From positions 5,305,994-5,369,993 of the forward strand of contig CAJINV010000001.1 of the NCBI GenBank assembly GCA_905178155.1: DNA of 64,000 nucleotides, given 5' to 3'. Shown piece after piece: positions 21,334 to 34,300 of this stretch. The DNA is from Amoebophrya sp. A120. Its lineage: Eukaryota; Protista; Dinoflagellata. The notes under the pieces were generated by a model that was given only the letters and a program-made list of their open reading frames with translations, searched no databases and was not told the origin of the DNA. Both the position numbers and the translations under genes were made by a program. How positions within the stretch are numbered: position 1 is the stretch's first letter; each line of letters begins with the position of its first letter.

Positions 21334-24300
21334 CTACATGTGGTCGATGATCAGTTTGTTGACGACCATATCCGCCATCCTCTTCCCAAACTTTTGTATC
21401 ATCTCATCCGTCATTCTGTCGGCGTTTGCTGCGATCGCAGTGAACACGCGAAGCAAGTCGGCCCCCTGTGCTGCAGCATGAAAGGTTCCCTTGGACAGAT
21501 TCGCCAGTTGCGTTAGGCGATCCCTGCTAGCATCCTTACCGAAAGCGACGTAGTGAACACCATTGACAAATCCCAACTGGCGGGCTGCCTGGTTGGCATC
21601 GCTTTCGTCCGTATGATGATTAGCGCCGTCGCTCATGAAGACGACGAGGCTCTGGCAGCCTGTTCTTGAGTTTCGCTGCAAAATCTCACGGGCAGCATTC
21701 AAGCCGAGCGAAAAGCAAGTACCTCCTCCGCTACATGCTACCTGGGTCCGCATGGCCTGCGAGAGACGGCAAGCTTCGAAGTGCGTTTGGACCTGGTTGC
21801 TGAACGTGACAACGGACACCAAGTCTTGCAGTCCTTGGTTCGCGTTTCGCTTTTGCAAATACCCTTGATAGGCCTGCATGAGCTCTATCCATGGCGTGAC
21901 CCCAGTGTTCGGGTCTGGCCACGTCATGGAATGAGAAGCGTCTAGCACGAAGACAACGTGAAAGCGATCCGCCACCGCTGTGTCGAACATGTCCACGGCA
22001 GTCATTCTTCGCTCTCGATCCTCTTTGGTTTCGTACCACACTCGCATCGCGTCCTCCATCATTTTCGTTGCTTCCTTCTTCAGCCGACAGAAGAGAAACT
22101 CAATCTGCTTTTCTCGCATTCGCTGCATTATTGTTTCCATCCGGCGTCCTCTTTGATTGTGATTCAGGTGGTCATCATTGACACTGGCAGGGTGGAGCTC
22201 CTGCCCGTGGCCCGGGGCGTCCGTCACTAAGACCAGAAAGCGAATCTGAATGAATTGAAGTGAATTGGTTTTGTGTTTGATTATACTAGGGCGCCTTTCA
22301 CATGTAAACTTGCTCTCTCTCGTCTGGCTCTACCATGAGGCATTTCTTTCTTGCCAAAGCAATGCAGTCTTCATCTGGCTCTGTCAAAGTCAGTAACAGT
22401 AAGTGATCAACGACGGCGGCCGTAATTACCTTTGAGCTCCAGCTCAGCTTTTCCAGCGCAGTATGGAGTCCGCCGGCGACATCTTCTGGCTCATCTCCAC
22501 CGCCACTCGCGCGGAGGCCACGCACGCGTGTCTTGAACAGCTCGTGATCAGAAGTAAAGTCCAAAATAGTGCGGGGGGCTAAGTGGTCTTGGTCCCCGAA
22601 GTCCTTGTAAGGAACCACGGCAAGTTTCATTTCCATATCCAGACCCTCGTGCTTCTCCTTGATTTTGTCCACTACCTTCGTCCCGATGACTTCTGCCTGG
22701 GTCTTGACTGCTTCCATCCAGGGCGTCATTGACCCCGTTGTATCGAGGACAAAGCACAAATCAATCGTTATGACCGAAGGCGCATTTCCCCGAACCAATT
22801 TCGCTTCACGTTCCCCTCGCAGTTGGTCCAGGTACCCAGTAAAAACCTAATTCAGAAGTTTTTTTTTAAGTATCTCACCGGAGCCAGCTTAGTGGCATTG
22901 CAATATCTTAGTCTTGAACCCGAGGCCAGCAAGGCTGTACGCTCAGCATTCCACCAGAGACTGGGATTAATATGCATTCGCATCCAAATGCATCAAAACA
23001 TGTGACATCGAGATTTATCTGAAATTTCAATTCCGGGTCAATAAGTACTTTCTTTGTGTCGAAGTCGCGCCAGATGCCGTCCGTTGTGCTGTAACTGCCT
23101 TTGTTATCCAATTCGCGCCCCTGCCAGCTTGGATCCTCTGTCTTCGAATCCGCGGAAGCATCTGGATCCTGCGTATACAGTGTTTGCAAAGCTGCTGGTA
23201 ATTCGCTAGGCACAGTGGCCAGGACCCACTTCCCGTAGCACTTTTGCACGAACAAACGTTCAAGCCCGAGCCCGATACCTGTTCATTGCAAAATGATGTT
23301 TGTGCCACAAACATGATGCTTGTGGGATTTATCCTCATCTTCATCCGTCTATAGAAGCGATTCCATTGACCTAAAGCTACACTTATATGCGCATCATGAG
23401 AACAAATTATCAGCACACAGAATCATACCAACAACCTCCACGCCCTCGTCTTGCGCGCGCAGCAGTGCCTGGCTCAACTTCAAACCGCAGGACCCGTACC
23501 CATCAGTAAGCACAAACAGCTTCCGTGGAACCCGCAGGCTGACGCCAGCCGCGTCGAACAGGTCAACTGAAGCATCAATGGCGTTGGCATCAAGCGAAGC
23601 ACAATCTTGGTCAAAGCGCAGGTGGTGCAGGAAGGAGAACATCGCGGCACGATCCCAACTCTGGTCGAAGTTTTTCACGAGACGGAATTTCTCCCCAAAA
23701 ACCGCAATTGAAAAGGTGTCGAGCCGCATCTCCAGAAGTGCACCAATCAACATGGTGGCCGCCTCGATGACTGCGAATGAACCCGCGCCATCCATAGACT
23801 GCGACACATCGATGAGAATCGAGACCATGTACTTCGCCCGGCCGCCTGCGCTCTTGTTACTGAAGAACTTCTTGTCGTTGAAGTCCGTGGCGATCGCTCG
23901 CGCGAGCCCTTGCATGTGCAAAGTGGGCCCTTTTACGTCGCGCCGGTGCCGGGTGGACGTGTTCTCGGGCAGTATATCGGCCTCCAGTATTGTTTTCATT
24001 TGCTCCACTGGCTCGCGCAGCATGTGCATTGCCTGAGACCAGGACTCCCCCGCTTTGGCAAGGAGCTCGGGCACAGCGCTGCTCGAGCGTGCATAGAAAT
24101 CCATGGAATACTGCAGCATCTTCGCGGAATCCGTGGCTGTAGACGATCCACTAGAGCCCGTGCTTGAGGCAGTCAACATCCCACGCGCAGAATCGGCGAA
24201 CGGAATGGCAGCGCCCGGGGAACTCGCTTCGTACAGCAAAGTCACCTCGTCACTCTTCTTCTTGAGGGCATCCGCGAGATTGAGCTTGCCCAAAACACTC

Positions 24301-25320
24301 GGAAGCTCGCGCAGGAACGTCGAGCTATCGAAATCCGGAGTCTGTGTTTCGCAAAATTCCAGTTCGCTTTCCTTTTCCGTAGTGGCATCGGCTTCGGCTT
24401 CGTCTGTTTTGCTATTCGTCTTGCCCACCTTTTTGTTCCGGGGCCGCATCTCTTTCAGAATCTTGCTGAATACCTGTGCGCGAAATTGAATTTGTGCAGC
24501 GTCCTCAACGCACAAAAATTGATAAACGTTATTGCATTTCAGTTTCTCACTCCTTTCCCTTTGTAGGAGAGGAAGCTGAAAAATAAAAAAAGAGAAAGAC
24601 GTGATTAAATACTTTGATCATGTGATCGCCAAGCAGCTGGGGGAGCGCATCACTTTCATCGTGATCGAGAAACTTCGACAGAATTCCCACCCGCTTCATC
24701 ATTTCCTGGATCTCACTCATCTGCCCTGCCGTCTTCTTGTCCCGAATCGTCACAAACAACATGTGGACATTGTACTTCTCCCACAAGCCCGTCCAATTCT
24801 GCTCGTTGTGCAATTCCTGGGAAAGCCCGTCCGTAATCATCAGGCATACACGGTGTACATTGGAAGGCTTCTCTTTGCCGCCCCAAACTTTCTTGGTGAG
24901 CGCCCAGAGCCCGCTTGCAAGGTGACTGCTTTCATCGTAGCTGAACGACTCGAGAATGCGCTGGCCAACCAAGGCGCTGAACGACTCGTCGAAGTCTTTT
25001 AGAAGGCGCTGGTTCTTCTGGTTTCCAAGTCGCCCGACCGCAGTTCGGCACTCGAGCTTTCGTAGAGTTTCCTGTTCAAAAAAAATTTGATTCTTATTCT
25101 TTATCTGGTTTGCTCCTTTCAGCCGCTGGCAATTTATCGTCCATTCGGGCACACAATGTCAACAAGATATTGGTGGACGACAGAGTAAGAATGCATTAAG
25201 CGTTTATGACAACGTGAACGTACTTCCTTACCTGCAGCACGACGAAAGCCTCTGCGGCCTGGTTGGCGAATCTGATGAAGGACCCGGAATTATCGAGCAG
25301 CAGGAGCCACTCGAATTTCG
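21334..25320 (-). other. Four tandem vWA (MIDAS) domains at the C-terminus of the giant gene
   Basis: DxSxS-type motifs LLLLDNSGS (~25290), ILIDVSQS (~23805), CFVLDTTGS (~22740) and VFVLDASHS (~21935). Each is followed by a MITDG, VLTDG, LVTDA or FMSDG strand. Confidence 0.85.
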
Positions 25321-28300
25321 GGAGTTCGGCACCCGACTGCTGATACATCTCCTGGAATTGCTGCCGCGCCATGCTGTAGAGCCGCCGAGAGAACTTTCCC
25401 AAGGGTCCAGATTGCGCTAGCGCTTCGTAAGTGTATTTCTCCGTCTTTTCGCGTGCTGCCTGTAAACGCAGTACGTCCGGAATCTGGGCTGGGTTCTTTT
25501 CTCGAGTCGTTTTCTTCGCCTTCTTGTAGTACTCGCTGAAGTCCATTTTCTGTGCCTCCTTCTGCAGGCGCTCCCGTGACCAGTTCAAGTCCATGGCTTT
25601 CGAGTGGATTTTGTCCACGTCGGCATCCCGTGCGAGGTCATCATACGTACCAAGCTGCAAATCGTCCGACTCACCCATTCCGGCCACTGCAGCGGGAGGC
25701 GCGCCCGCAGCACCGCCGCGAGCACCACGCTTCATCTTTTTCTGGTTTGCCAGATTGTCTATCAAGCGCCGAAGATGGTTTGTGTCGCCTCCCGCACTCC
25801 GATGTTGAAGCTGCTGATTTGCACGATCACCAGGGTTTTCGGCGCCAGCGCGACGAGCGGCCGTCGCGCTGTCCCCAATATTGCCGTCATCGTCTTGAAA
25901 ATCGAACTCGAGTTTCATCCCTTTCACGACCGCACCGAGAGTGTTTCCCTCGGCTAGATCGAGTGCGTCGTTGCCGGCATCATGCGGCTGCTCCTGGAAA
26001 TCGATATCATCCTCGTCTGCGTCGCCACACTTGTAGTCATCCAGTTCTGCGAGATCGGCCAACTCAAACCCAGTGTGCAAACTGTCGGCGACGTGCTCGG
26101 TACCACGAGCCGTTTGCGGAGCAGCATCGAAGCCTGCTGCGGTGTTCTGCGCATCGCCCTGAGCGAAGACGGTTTCCTCACCATTCCAGCCCTTCTGCGT
26201 CAACGAGTCGCCGGCGACATACTGCAATGCCTCCTTCAGCTCGATGGAGAAGTGCTGACCAACTGCATCTTTCGTTGTAGGAAAAACGCGCAGGTTCTTC
26301 GTCAAACCGCTTTTCTTTTCACGCAGCATTCGAATCAGTGCCTCTTGCCCCCCGCCGCGCTGGAGCTGCGAAACAATTAGATCAAACAGGAAAATGACGT
26401 TGATACAGCACTGCACCATTTTCGCGGGCAGGAATTCGAGATCCACACCCGTGCGGGAAAGCTCACACGTCCGAAAAAACTTCTCGGAGCACACCTCAGG
26501 CAAAGACGTCAATGATGCGACGTGCTTCAGAATTGCCTCGATGCTCAAAATTTTTCCCGGACGTAGAGACAAATTCATGAGCGAGTCCGCGCCGTCAACC
26601 CCGAAGTCCTGTGCTATTGCAAGCAGCTTTTTTCCTAGGTCATCGACCTCGAGTGAGAGCCTGTCCTTCTCTTGAGCGGGGTTTTGAATGTTGTTGTCTT
26701 CTGGCTCGACGTCCGGCTCCATCGCCACACTATTCGCAGTGTCGTCTCGTGGGCCTGCTGCATCAGCCGTTCCAGCGTCCGCGGTCCCGCTGGCATCGTG
26801 CGCAGCCTCATCGTCAGGCTCCGGCTGCAACTGGTCCTGCGGTGATTGCTGTGCATTCCCCTCATCGTCCGCGCTCTGGGGCACGGCGTGGCCGTTTGAT
26901 GATCCGCCCAAGTCCGCATTGAGATTCATCAGAGCTTCGTCATCAGACGCGGCATCGTCAAAAGACCTGGCTGGAGTTATAGAGTCTTGCGTGATTTGCT
27001 CTGCTTGAAGGAGGTCTGAGAGATTTTTCTCGACGATGCTAGGATCGTGCACGAGGCTCTCAGCAGCCTGCTGCTCGTCCTTTTGTTCGCGGCATACCTG
27101 GTTGCCCATTTTGGCTGGTGAAAGTTTGTTCATTTCAGAGAAAGCCAACAGCCGTAGATACTGCGCAGTAACCTTGGCGAAGTTGCACTTGGCGCAGCAG
27201 CTGCAGATTGCGGCCTTCAGCCCGTGTACGACTTGACGCGGGAAACCATATGCTCTGGCCATGTTCACTACGCGCGCAAATTCGTCAATGTGCTCGAAGG
27301 CCGTAGAGAGGAAGTCGCCCTCGTCTGATGTTGCGCGCATTGCTTGGCCAAAGCTGCTCCCCAAGCGTAAGACCTCCTCCGCCACGAAGCTGCGAGAGAC
27401 CTGCGCCGGTCCCGAACTGCTAGACGCGAGGGCAGTCATTGCATCGCCTTCCTCAAGCACAGATTTTAGTATTTCCACAGTTTTTCCAGGCTCCGCGGCA
27501 CACTTATCAAAGAGCTCAACCCAGAACGCGGCGTGCTTCTGCGTTTCGCTTTCGGCTTCTGTAAAATCTTTCATGTTTGCAATTTTGCGCAAAACATTTA
27601 CGCCGTTGTCCGAATGGATAGCGGATTCCAATTCGTCCCAGATATCGTGTAGCTTTTTGTTGCTTTGATTGCGACTCACGGCAGCAAGTGTCACTTTAGC
27701 CAGTTTGAAGGAATCCAGGTCACCCAACCCATGATTGAAGGACTGTGCGAGGAAACGAAACGCGTTCCTTTTAGTCGTGTGGTCAACGAATGCGGAAACG
27801 CACTCGCACGAAGCGGCCAAAAGACGCTGACTAGGAACCTTGCCTCCTTCCCGAACTTCGCAAATCATGGCGGTCAGTGCCTCGTGCCGCGGCTTGAAAC
27901 TTTCGTGATCAGTGATTCCCGTCGCGACTTCCTTTAGAACCGTCACTGCTGCTAGCAATGCGTGTTTGTGCTTCTTTTGCGAGACAGAGCGACCAAAAAC
28001 CTTGATGGAAGTCACAATCGCGCCGACACTAGCCTCATTTCTGGTAAGATTGTACTTCTGCAGAATTTTTTCAACCTCGCTTTTCCGCTCGCTCCTGTCC
28101 GTGTAGTCTTGTAAAAACATAGCGCCAATTTCTTCATCTAGAATCTCAATGAAGGTGGTCCAAACGGCATCCTGAGCATCGCTCAGGCTTGTGCAGCAAT
28201 CCCGAAATCCGAATTCCAGAATCTGCTTGAACGCCTGGAGCATCTTGTCTGGTGTGCCCTGCTGATGGTGAGAGCACGGTAACCAATGTCCAAGAGCTTG

Positions 28301-31300
28301 GGCCGCCATAGCTCCACCTGACACAGTTGCTCCTTCAAAAATCTTGGCGATAATTCTTCGTGACGTCTGCAGCTGGTACTCCTTCGAACGCAGCGCATCC
28401 AGAATACTGCTCTGCACAGCCTGGTACTTCTCGTATTCCGCTCTCTCCAGATGTCGTTCCGCCCATTGACCGGTCATGGAAAGAAGCTCGGGGAATAGCT
28501 CCGCCACTGAGGATTCAAAAACCGTGCTTGCAAACGTCGACGCCTCATCATGTTGTGTGAGGCCAGCACCGCACCTCAGTAAACGCGCCACGGTCGACAT
28601 GCCTGGCTCTCCTCCAGAGCGAAACGTTTGTACAAGTTCATGGAGAAAAGTGAGATGCGTCTTCCAATCGGCGTTGACGGATGACCGGCATGTGTTAATG
28701 ATCTTTACCAGCGCCTCCAGAACGCGCTCACTCTCGGTGCGATCAGAACAGTGCGCGTCTTGCAGTTGCTGCAGAACCTCCAGAGCCGTTGCGGAGAAGA
28801 AGGACCGACCGACCTCAGAAGTTTCGACGCTCATCAACGATGCAAGCGCTTGCTGCACTAACTTGGACACGGTGCAGCGTTCGGTGATAGTCGTTCCTTC
28901 TGCTCCTATCCCAGCCTCCAAGATCTTGCAGAATCTGTCGAGGTTTTGTGGTCGAGCCCTATTGCTATCGCAGCCGATGCCTGCCAGGAGCGAGGTGCAT
29001 ATCCGGAGATTTTTCTCGCTGACTGTCGCGGGCCCGTTCTTGCTGTCTGCCAGCAAAAGGCGGTAGACCGACATCAACACATGGCTGCCTGGGCTTAGCT
29101 CTCCGGCCGGCGTCTCTAGCCAAACAAGCGCAGAAGCAATCGCATCTTCTTGAACAGCGTCAATCTTCTCAGTGAGCTCTCCTATCGCTGCGGTGTGATT
29201 TACAAACTCGCTCCCCTGGATAAAAGTAACGACAAGACGCCGCATGGAATCTGCGTCGGGTTGCGTATCCGGTTGCTCTTCTTTCGTCTTCGCGAGATCC
29301 TCCACGATGCACAACGGCATGGCAGCAGCACGTTCGTACGGATGTATTGGCGACGAAGTATTGGCATGGAAAACGACGGATGCATGGAGTCCTTTTGCAA
29401 AAAATCCCTCCAGAAGTTCAGAAGCGCTTGCTCGTCTCCGCACCCCCGCTGCAGCAACGTTCGTTGCTTCTGTGCTCAGCGCAATACCTGTGTTAATTTC
29501 CGGCCCCGCACACTCGGGAGCTACGTCAACAAGTATCGGAACTCGCACCACCCGGGGCACCGGCTGGCCTTCAGGAGAGAGGTCGTATTCGTTTGTGCAA
29601 CGCACAACTAGTGAGCTTACATGCAATCCCGGTGGCGGCGCGCCTTCTGGTTCGAATCGGACCTGCAACGTGGTAGGCTCGTGGAATCTCGCCTGCTCCA
29701 AAGTCATCACCAAGGGGTCGCTTGCTGTGGCTGTCGCTGCGCCGTTGCCGGCTCGCGTTACGATGCCCAATTTACAACCTTGTGGAACGTTATCGAAGCA
29801 CATCTCTACGTCGCCATCACAGTTCCCACTATTCTCGATGTTAATGGTTCGATACGCCAGCGGTGTTGTGGCCTTTATGCGCCCGAAGTTAAGGATCTTG
29901 CACTGGTCGGAAACTTTCAGCACCGGTTTTTTCGGATTGAAGCGGAATTCTACCGAAAGTGGCGCTTTCGGTTCTGGTTTGCATTGAAATTTGATCCGTC
30001 CAGTACACGGCTTTAGCGAGAAGGGAACGTATTCAAGCATCACCGTCTGACTCTTCTGCGCTTCGAGCTTCACAACCGGTGGCTGCATTCGAAATCTGCT
30101 CTGCTTGGCGGCGAGACCGATGATCGCATCGACGTACCCGCTATTTCTGAAAGTTACGTGCTTCTTGTTTGATACCAAATTTCCCGCAGGCGCGGTACTC
30201 GCATCCAGCGAAAAGATTGGTCCTGACGTCGAGTTTGCATAGCCATTTTGCGGATTCCTAATCGGCAGAACAGTGACATCCGGAACGCCAGTTCGGACCT
30301 CCAGCGTGAAGCAGCAATGCTCAGTGCCAAAGTGAACGGTCATCTCGACACGTTTGTGCTCTGCTCTGTAAGGGGAAATGCTCAACTCTGCCTGCCACGT
30401 CGAAAGGTCCCCAACTGCGCTCAGCTCCCCTTCGTTTCGATCGAGTTTGAATGTGCTTCTCAGGTCCCTGAGATCAACCCTTACTTTCACATCGACTTTT
30501 CCTCTATTCACTATTCGCAGGGTTCTGCGAGCCATGTCGTTGATCCGCATGTCTGGGAAGCGAATCACTTGTTTGTGCGCAAGGCGTGTCCGCTGGTTGC
30601 CGTTCTCTAGGAAGAACTTCAGTTTCGGCTTCACCACCTCCGCACGTATCGAGCGTGTGATGATATTGCTAGTCGATCCGACCGCTATTTTTAGTGTTGC
30701 CCTGACCGACTCCTCTTTTCCCATTCCTGGCAGCATTTTCAGTTCAAGCAGAGCCGAGCCAAGGGGATCGAGCAGTAATCGCGGCGGGTCCACTGACAGC
30801 TGCGAAAGGAAAGGTGAGTCCCGTTCTATTTCTGCACGAATCTGCAGTGGGCCATGCGTTTCGTTCTTCAGTCGAAAGTCTACCGTTTTCAGTCCCTCGA
30901 TTGACGCGATGCGGTTCTCGAAATCCACTGTGCCACCGGGTAGGTCCACGACAGAAACACTTGCATCTTCGAACGTGACCTTTCCAACAAGGATGCAGCG
31001 GTTGCGACCGTCTATGGCAAGGTCGAAAACAGCACTGTGGGGTCCCACGCCGACATTGTCGGAAACGAGATCGACGTGTACGATTCCAGACTCGCCAGGT
31101 CGGAGACCGGGAATATCAGACGGGCTCAGGACGAATGGCGCTGCAGCAGCTCCTCCTAGATTTTAAATAGAAGTGAAGATGCTTTACCAATCACTGCGCT
31201 AGCAGCAGGAGCCTCACAGAACTGCTGCGCCCATGCATAATTCACTCCGGAGAGGAAGAACCAAACAGCTGAAAAGAATGGCTACAAAAATCCAAACTAA

Positions 31301-34300
31301 AAATCAGGCAGATTGCATTTATACCTGCAGCGTGATTTGAGAGTGTAATGTCAACAGTCTCTTCGCTTTTATTTTCGACCCGAAGGTACTTCTGATCTAG
31401 AACTCCAACGCCGCGCGTCGCGTACCCGAAGTCAAAGCGATGCTCTTGCCAAGAAACGTTAACGCCATGCCCTGCTGATTGATTATCGACGAGCGTAAGA
31501 ACCACATAGCTCGGAGAAGTGGGAAAGTGCGCAAACAAGTTTCCAATCATCTTTGCTTCCCGGCAGTGCTCAATCTTGGAGATGTCTGGCCGACGTAATC
31601 CTCGCTGACTCAACGTTGCTAGCAATGTCAGCTGCTGTTTCTTGCGTGCAAGTATCGTCTTTAAGGGGCCCCGCATCGTATCGATCCGCCGCTTCGCGCC
31701 TCGCCCTGCTGGTAACCGCTTCTCCAGATCGTCGCAAAACTTCTCATACACGTCCCTTGTCACTTCGAAGTTGTCTAATTCGTGGCTGGTCTTGATAGAC
31801 TGCGCTTGCGCACGCAAGAGCAGGCTTCCAATCAAACACACATCCTCCACAAAAGACCAAAGCGCTGGCGCAACTTCTTCTTCGGCGATATGCAGCATCT
31901 CCTTGAAAAAGCGGAGCATGTCTGCACTCCAAACACGCTTGACGGACCGTGTAGGACATGGATCATCAGCAGGCGCCTCCACCGGAGATATCCCTTCGGA
32001 AAACGCGTTTTTCGCCAATTCAGATTCCGCGAGCTTACTGTTACAGATCTCTGTGATAGCTCTCTGCATGCGCTCCATCGCGCTTTCCTCATTACCTTGC
32101 CGAAGGGATTCAGCAATTTGATCGCCCTGCGCAGCAAGCATGCGATGCAGCTTTTTCAAATCCTTGCGATACTTCTCCATAGCCTTTGCGACGTCTCCCT
32201 TTTCATAGTCCTGAACATCACGGTCGTATTCCGTAGTTGGGTCCGCCGGTTTCCGTTCTTCGCTCTCTTTGGTCTTAATTTCGGACTGAATATGTCCTAA
32301 ATGTCTTTCGATGGCACTTCGGGCTCCTTTTTCCGCGGAGTACGATCGTGTTGCGTCTCCCAATTCATCGAGGCACTGCTCTAAACACGAGCACTCTGGA
32401 TTGAAGCCCACAAATTTTGTTTCTGCAGAAGGCAAGAAAGTGTACTCCACGGCATCGTCTCTATCCTGCCGGCTGAAACGCACTTCCGAGCTACCCCAAA
32501 AGGGACGCTGGAATCCCTTTTGAAATTTTGGCGCTTTGTAATACCACCACGCCGCCTGATCAGGTAGGTGGCAGTTCCCAACGAGAAGAACATACACGCC
32601 CTTGCAGGAAGGTCCCTCCAATTCTGAGAAGGGTATGGTGAAGTCGTAAATCCAATCTCCTCTAGCACTTCTTTCCACCGGGACGAGCTTTTCCCGCAAC
32701 AGCTTGCCTGCGTAAGGTTTTTTGTTCTGGTCCACCTCCATCTGCGAGATTATGACTCTATGTGCGTATCTGTTGTAGACACGACGATAGTTGTCATAAT
32801 CTTGATCGCTACTTCCGAGCGTGACTCGCACATTCGCGATTTTGTCCTTCGAACCTTCGGACACGTAGCGTTGCAAAAAAGCACGATGGTCAGCGTCGTC
32901 GGTGTGGACCGTACGAATCAAACTGAAGCACGTCAGGACCTCCGGTTCCTGCCCTGAAATTCTATTCGTCCCATGTTGTTGCGCAGCTTTATAAAGCCAA
33001 AAAAGTAACTCTTCGCACAGTCGCTCTTGGTTTTCTTCCAAGTCTGCGATTTGCTTCTTCACTCGTAAGAGCTCCTGCTCCTTTTTGTCGCGCTCGCTTT
33101 TCTTTGAAAAGAGGAAGTTTTTGATGCCGCTTAATAATGTGCTGAGCGAGCTTTTCCGGGATTCATGCCGACGCTTGATGAAGACCGTCGCTGCATCCTT
33201 ATGGCCCTGCTCTTTCTCGACAAAATTTTTGATACCAGCTTCCACCTGGGTGAGATGTCGCATGTTTAATGTTGTGAGCCTCACCGTGGAAGCGTCGTGC
33301 AATTGGGAACGAAGGAAATCCGTGATGCAAACGTTTTCCGCAAGGAGCAGGTCGGTGAGCACTACCTCGGCCTCCGTGTCAGCATGTTCGATTCCTCCTC
33401 GCAACAACTTGTCAATTTTCTCGCAGCACTGGTGCTGAAAGGCAAGCAAGGACGAAATCTTGCCGACATCTGCAGCAGCGTCAAAAACACCAACTAGTAC
33501 AGTGCAGATATTCTGCAGAACTGCGGTGGCAGCAGTCGCGATGAATTCGTATCTGTCCAGAGTCTCCGGCTGCAATCCATTTCTTCCACGAATCCCGCGA
33601 CGCAATGCAGGATTCAAATCGACCAGGTCCAAAAGTTGTTCCTCAAGCATGGCATCCGAGTCCCCCAGCAAATGTCGACGTGCGTTCCGTGTCGCGGTCA
33701 ACTCTGATGCTGTAGAAGTCACTCTTCGACTCGCTGCTGCTTTGAAAAACTCCTTCGCACAAATCTGTGAAATCTGCACGTTGTTTGCGGTAAAGGGCTG
33801 AAACTTTATGTCGGTCACATCATTGTCGAGCGCCTGTGCAAAGGAGTACGTGGCTGCAACTTGCTCGCAGTCCAGTTTTCCTCCCTCTACTCGTGATGCC
33901 GACTGCGGATCTGTCAACGCAAAAGCGGTAAAACTGTCAAGCAGGTCGGTGAACGGAATAGAGCCGCCGTCACCTCCTGCAGGCAGATTTAGCCGCTTCC
34001 GACCGCCGCGCTCCTCGCTGGTGCACTTTTGTAACTGAATGTAAAAGTGCTTCACCGCGTATGCCGTCGGCAAGAGCATGGAAGCTGAGCAAATGCGCTG
34101 CGCCACGAGGTGCGATAGAAAACACGGATTTGTTGCCTCGTCTCCCGCAATGTCGTTTGTAGGTAGTGCTGCGATTCCGGCGCTCCATGTCTGCAGCTGA
34201 GATTCTAGAGTGCGAAGGATCCGGTTCAGGTCCGCCGTCTTTTCCTCGCTTTCGAACCACAGTCCAACCACGTCAGCAACTTGTTCAAGGTCATCCCGCA

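Noticed and set aside
30240-30250. TAGCCATTTTG, an 11-nt match to the dinoflagellate spliced leader
   Set aside because: Short, antisense and inside a coding exon, with mismatching flanks; consistent with chance.
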